Source of the DNA: Azolla caroliniana
Taxonomy: Eukaryota > Plantae > Polypodiophyta
Assembly (NCBI GenBank): GCA_043228905.1
Contig: JBHGNT010000018.1
Coordinates: 4,960,001-5,024,000 of the forward strand
Length of the DNA: 64,000 nt
Direction: 5' to 3'
A model generated the notes under the pieces. That model did no database searches and was not told the origin of the DNA. It was given only the letters and a program-made list of their open reading frames with translations. This document shows positions 61,401-64,000 of this stretch, in pieces. The first letter of the stretch is position 1. Every line of letters begins with the position of its first letter. Both the position numbers and the translations under genes were made by a program.

Positions 61401-64000
61401 CCGGCATCGGGACGAGCTTCACCCTACGTACCCTCCGACCATCCACTTCAAATGGATGGTAGATCTGGTGACGATGCCGATGGGCGTAGGACAGATGCGG
61501 TATCTGGTCCTGGCTCGGGAAGATCTGACGAACCAGGTGGAAGGCCGAGCCCTTCAGAACAAAACGACCGCGGCCGTATATCGGTTCCTGATCGAGGACG
61601 TGATATGCCGGTACGGGTGCATCGGGAAGATCGTGGCTGATCGCGGGGAGTTGCACGCCGAAGAGGCCGAGGAGTTGTTCGACCGGCTAGGAGTCAAGCT
61701 CTCGCTTACCACTGCGTACAATCCGGAGGCGAATGGGAAGGTGGAGCGCGGACACGGACCGATCGTCAAGGCGTTAGTTCGGGCATGCGGAGGTCAAGTC
61801 GGGAACTGGCCGCGGCTGCTGCCTTATGCGTTGTGGGCGGACCGAACTACGCACAGTTCGGTAACCGGATTCATGCCGGCAGAACTCATGTTTGGGCAGA
61901 AGCCGGTCATGCCGATGGAACGTACGATCTCCTCGTGGGCAACCGTGGACTGGAGAGACGAGATGAGCCGGGAGGAACTGCTGGCAGCGCGTATACGACA
62001 GCTCGAGCGAAGACCGGAGGACGTGGAGCAGGCTGCGGAAAAGCTTCGGGAAGCAAGGATGAGGAACAAAGCCCGGTTCGACCGAACGCACCGGCTACGA
62101 CCGAAGAAGATCGAGGAAGGCGACTGGGTGCTAGTCTACGACAGCAGCCTTGACAACCAGCACCGAGCGACACGGAAGTTCGCAAGAAGGTAGTTCGGGC
62201 CTTACGTGGTACGAAGCGCCAACGACAACGGGACGTACCATCTGGCGGAACTCGACGGTACGAGAATGGCGATACCAGTAGCGGGGAAGCAGATCAAAGG
62301 AGTTCAAGAAGCGTCACGACGACGAGCCGGATCCGGTTGGCCTGGACCGCGGCGACGAACGATCCGAAACTGAGGAAGAACCGACGGGCGGGGAATGAAG
62401 GTTGAACCGGTTTTCTCCGTCCCAACTCAATTTGGCGCATGCCGGTGGATGCGCGGTTAGGTGGGGGCGAATGTCGTGAAGAAAACCGTCCACAAGCGGA
62501 ATCGGTGCACAGGAGCGTAGGAACCGGCTCTTCTCGAATGTTGGCCATAGAAGATCTTAGGCGGGTAGATTTAGTAGGTAGGAGGTAAAGGGGGAAACGG
62601 CTCCTTCCTGGCCTATAAAAGGAGGGAGACGAAAAAGGGGGAGGGATCGCGGAGAGTCGAGGACGAAGTGCTGTCGGTTCATGGGCGAAGGCTTCTCTCT
62701 CTCTCTCTCTCTGGTTCGCAAACTCCATAGCTTCCTTCTGTGCAGGTTTCGAGAGGCTCGCGCTGCTCTGAGGAATGCCCGAGTGCTTCAGGCAGCACCT
62801 CCAACCTGCTCCTATCTTTCTGTGAGTTTACGAACAGGCATCAGCATCTGTTCGCCGGCCTGTTCGGTTGTAACCGACTTTGTGTTTTTGTTGCTTCCGT
62901 GTTCTTGTTGTTGTCTTGTTAATATATACATACATTCGTGTCTCTCTGTGTCGCTGTCCCACTCGCGTCTTTGTGTCGAAGGGCCGCGTCCCTGTGAATC
63001 TACGCTCGCACGTAGTGGGTCTCTTGTCCCTTCTCTCTTGCTCTTCGGTACAGGACCCCTGAGGTCCCGCCTCATTCCACGCATCCGCGAGGAATACCTC
63101 GACAGCGGATTTTTCACACCCCCGATGGATTCACGGATCACCGATGACATACGTGCAAACTTGAAGACGGATAGTTTTGCTCAAAACATCCTGGTGCACA
63201 TTGATACTTCTCGGGCATCCTGTTCTCAGTCTCAACAACCAGGTATTGACTACCGACAATTCGAATATCATGATGGTTTATTATTCTTTAAAAAGCGCGT
63301 ATATGTCCCCGATTGCTCCTGTTGCCTTCAAATCGTCCAGCATTGTCACGACACCCATACGGGGGGACATTTCGGTAGGTACTAAGACGTTGGAGCTAGT
63401 GCAACGATCTTTTTGTTGGCCCCACATGCGCCGTTTTGTCGATGACTACGTTCGGACCTGTGATGCTTGCTGCCGAGCAAAGATGCCACGACACCATCCA
63501 TATGGCTTGTTGGAACCCTTACCGATTCCAAGTAAGCCGTGGCAATCTATTTTTCTTGATTTTATCACAGATCTGTCGGTCTCGCAGGGGTTCGATGCTA
63601 TCTTAACTGTCGTCGATCGATATACGAAGATGACACATTTTGTTCCGTATACTAAGGCCATCACTAGCGAGGAAACTGCCACCCTAGTCATGCGTGAGGT
63701 ATTTCGGCATCATGGCCTCCCAGACAGTATCATTAGTGACCGAGGACCGCAATTTGTCTCCAAATTTTGGCAGCATCTCTTCAAGATGATCAAGATCTCT
63801 TGCAACCTCTCCTCCGGCTACCATCCTCAGGCAGAATGAACAAACCAAACGCTGGAGCAATATCTCCGGTGTTTCTTGAGTTATCAACAGGACGATTGGG
63901 TCGAGATTCTCCACTTTGCGGAGTTTGCATATAATAATGTTGTTCACTCCTCGACTCGAGTCTCCCCATTCTTCGCTTATACCGGTTCTCATCCTCGCTG
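52409..64000 (+). mobile_element. Ty3/Gypsy Tf1/Tcn1-like (chromovirus-type) retrotransposon; interrupted at 56112-63104 and continuing beyond the window
   Basis: 5' LTR 52409-52861 (tgtca...tgaca). Gag 52935-53837 plus CLYCG knuckle. PR LLDSGA (54089-54535). RT (IYLDD) 54814-55620. RH 55638-56020. INT 63109-64000 (HCHDT..GGHFG, CDAC, LDFITDL, SDRGPQF). Confidence 0.93.
56112..63104 (+). mobile_element. Full-length Gypsy copy 2 (same family as 45784-51957), nested in the Tf1-like pol
   Basis: LTRs 56112-56744 and 62472-63104 (633 bp each, ~18 mismatches by eye). 4-bp TSD GCGG at 56108-56111 and 63105-63108. PBS tRNA-Trp at 56748. PPT aggtgggggcgaa at 62459-62471. gag-PR 56761-58914 and pol ~58905-62300, with a few stops and frameshifts. 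Confidence 0.97.

Noticed and set aside
46000-63000. Numerous antisense and alternate-frame ORFs inside the Gypsy elements
   Set aside because: Expected shadows of GC-rich gag-pol coding sequence and LTRs; no independent motifs.

Overview
Eukaryotic nuclear DNA from a land plant, most likely a non-seed plant such as a fern. This is inferred from a flagellar CFAP97-type gene, PLS-class PPR debris, and Tcn1-like and Phygy-like Gypsy elements. The left half (1-33 kb) is AT-rich. It holds two apparently intact spliced genes: a CFAP97/Hemingway-domain gene (minus strand, 10352-11390) and RNA polymerase common subunit RPB8 (plus strand, 20773-24088). It also holds a decayed LINE, MITEs, an intronless Alba pseudogene, a TBC Rab-GAP exon remnant and PPR fragments. 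The right half (33-64 kb) is a nested stack of LTR retrotransposons: two Copia elements, a Tat-like element with an antisense ORF, two copies of a tRNA-Trp-primed Gypsy, and a self-priming Tf1/Tcn1-like Gypsy. The standout is a 3.1-kb element at 15716-18808. It encodes Copia Gag, protease and integrase but no RT, and is bounded by ~250-285 bp terminal INVERTED repeats (TG...CA ends, perfect 5-bp TSD GTCTT) instead of direct LTRs. Each inverted repeat is a copy of a Copia 3' end (RNase H tail + PPT + LTR) and no PBS is present. It is a candidate Copia-derived TIR/DNA-transposon-like element, though a one-off rearrangement is not excluded. All analysis was by eye; no database searches were run.
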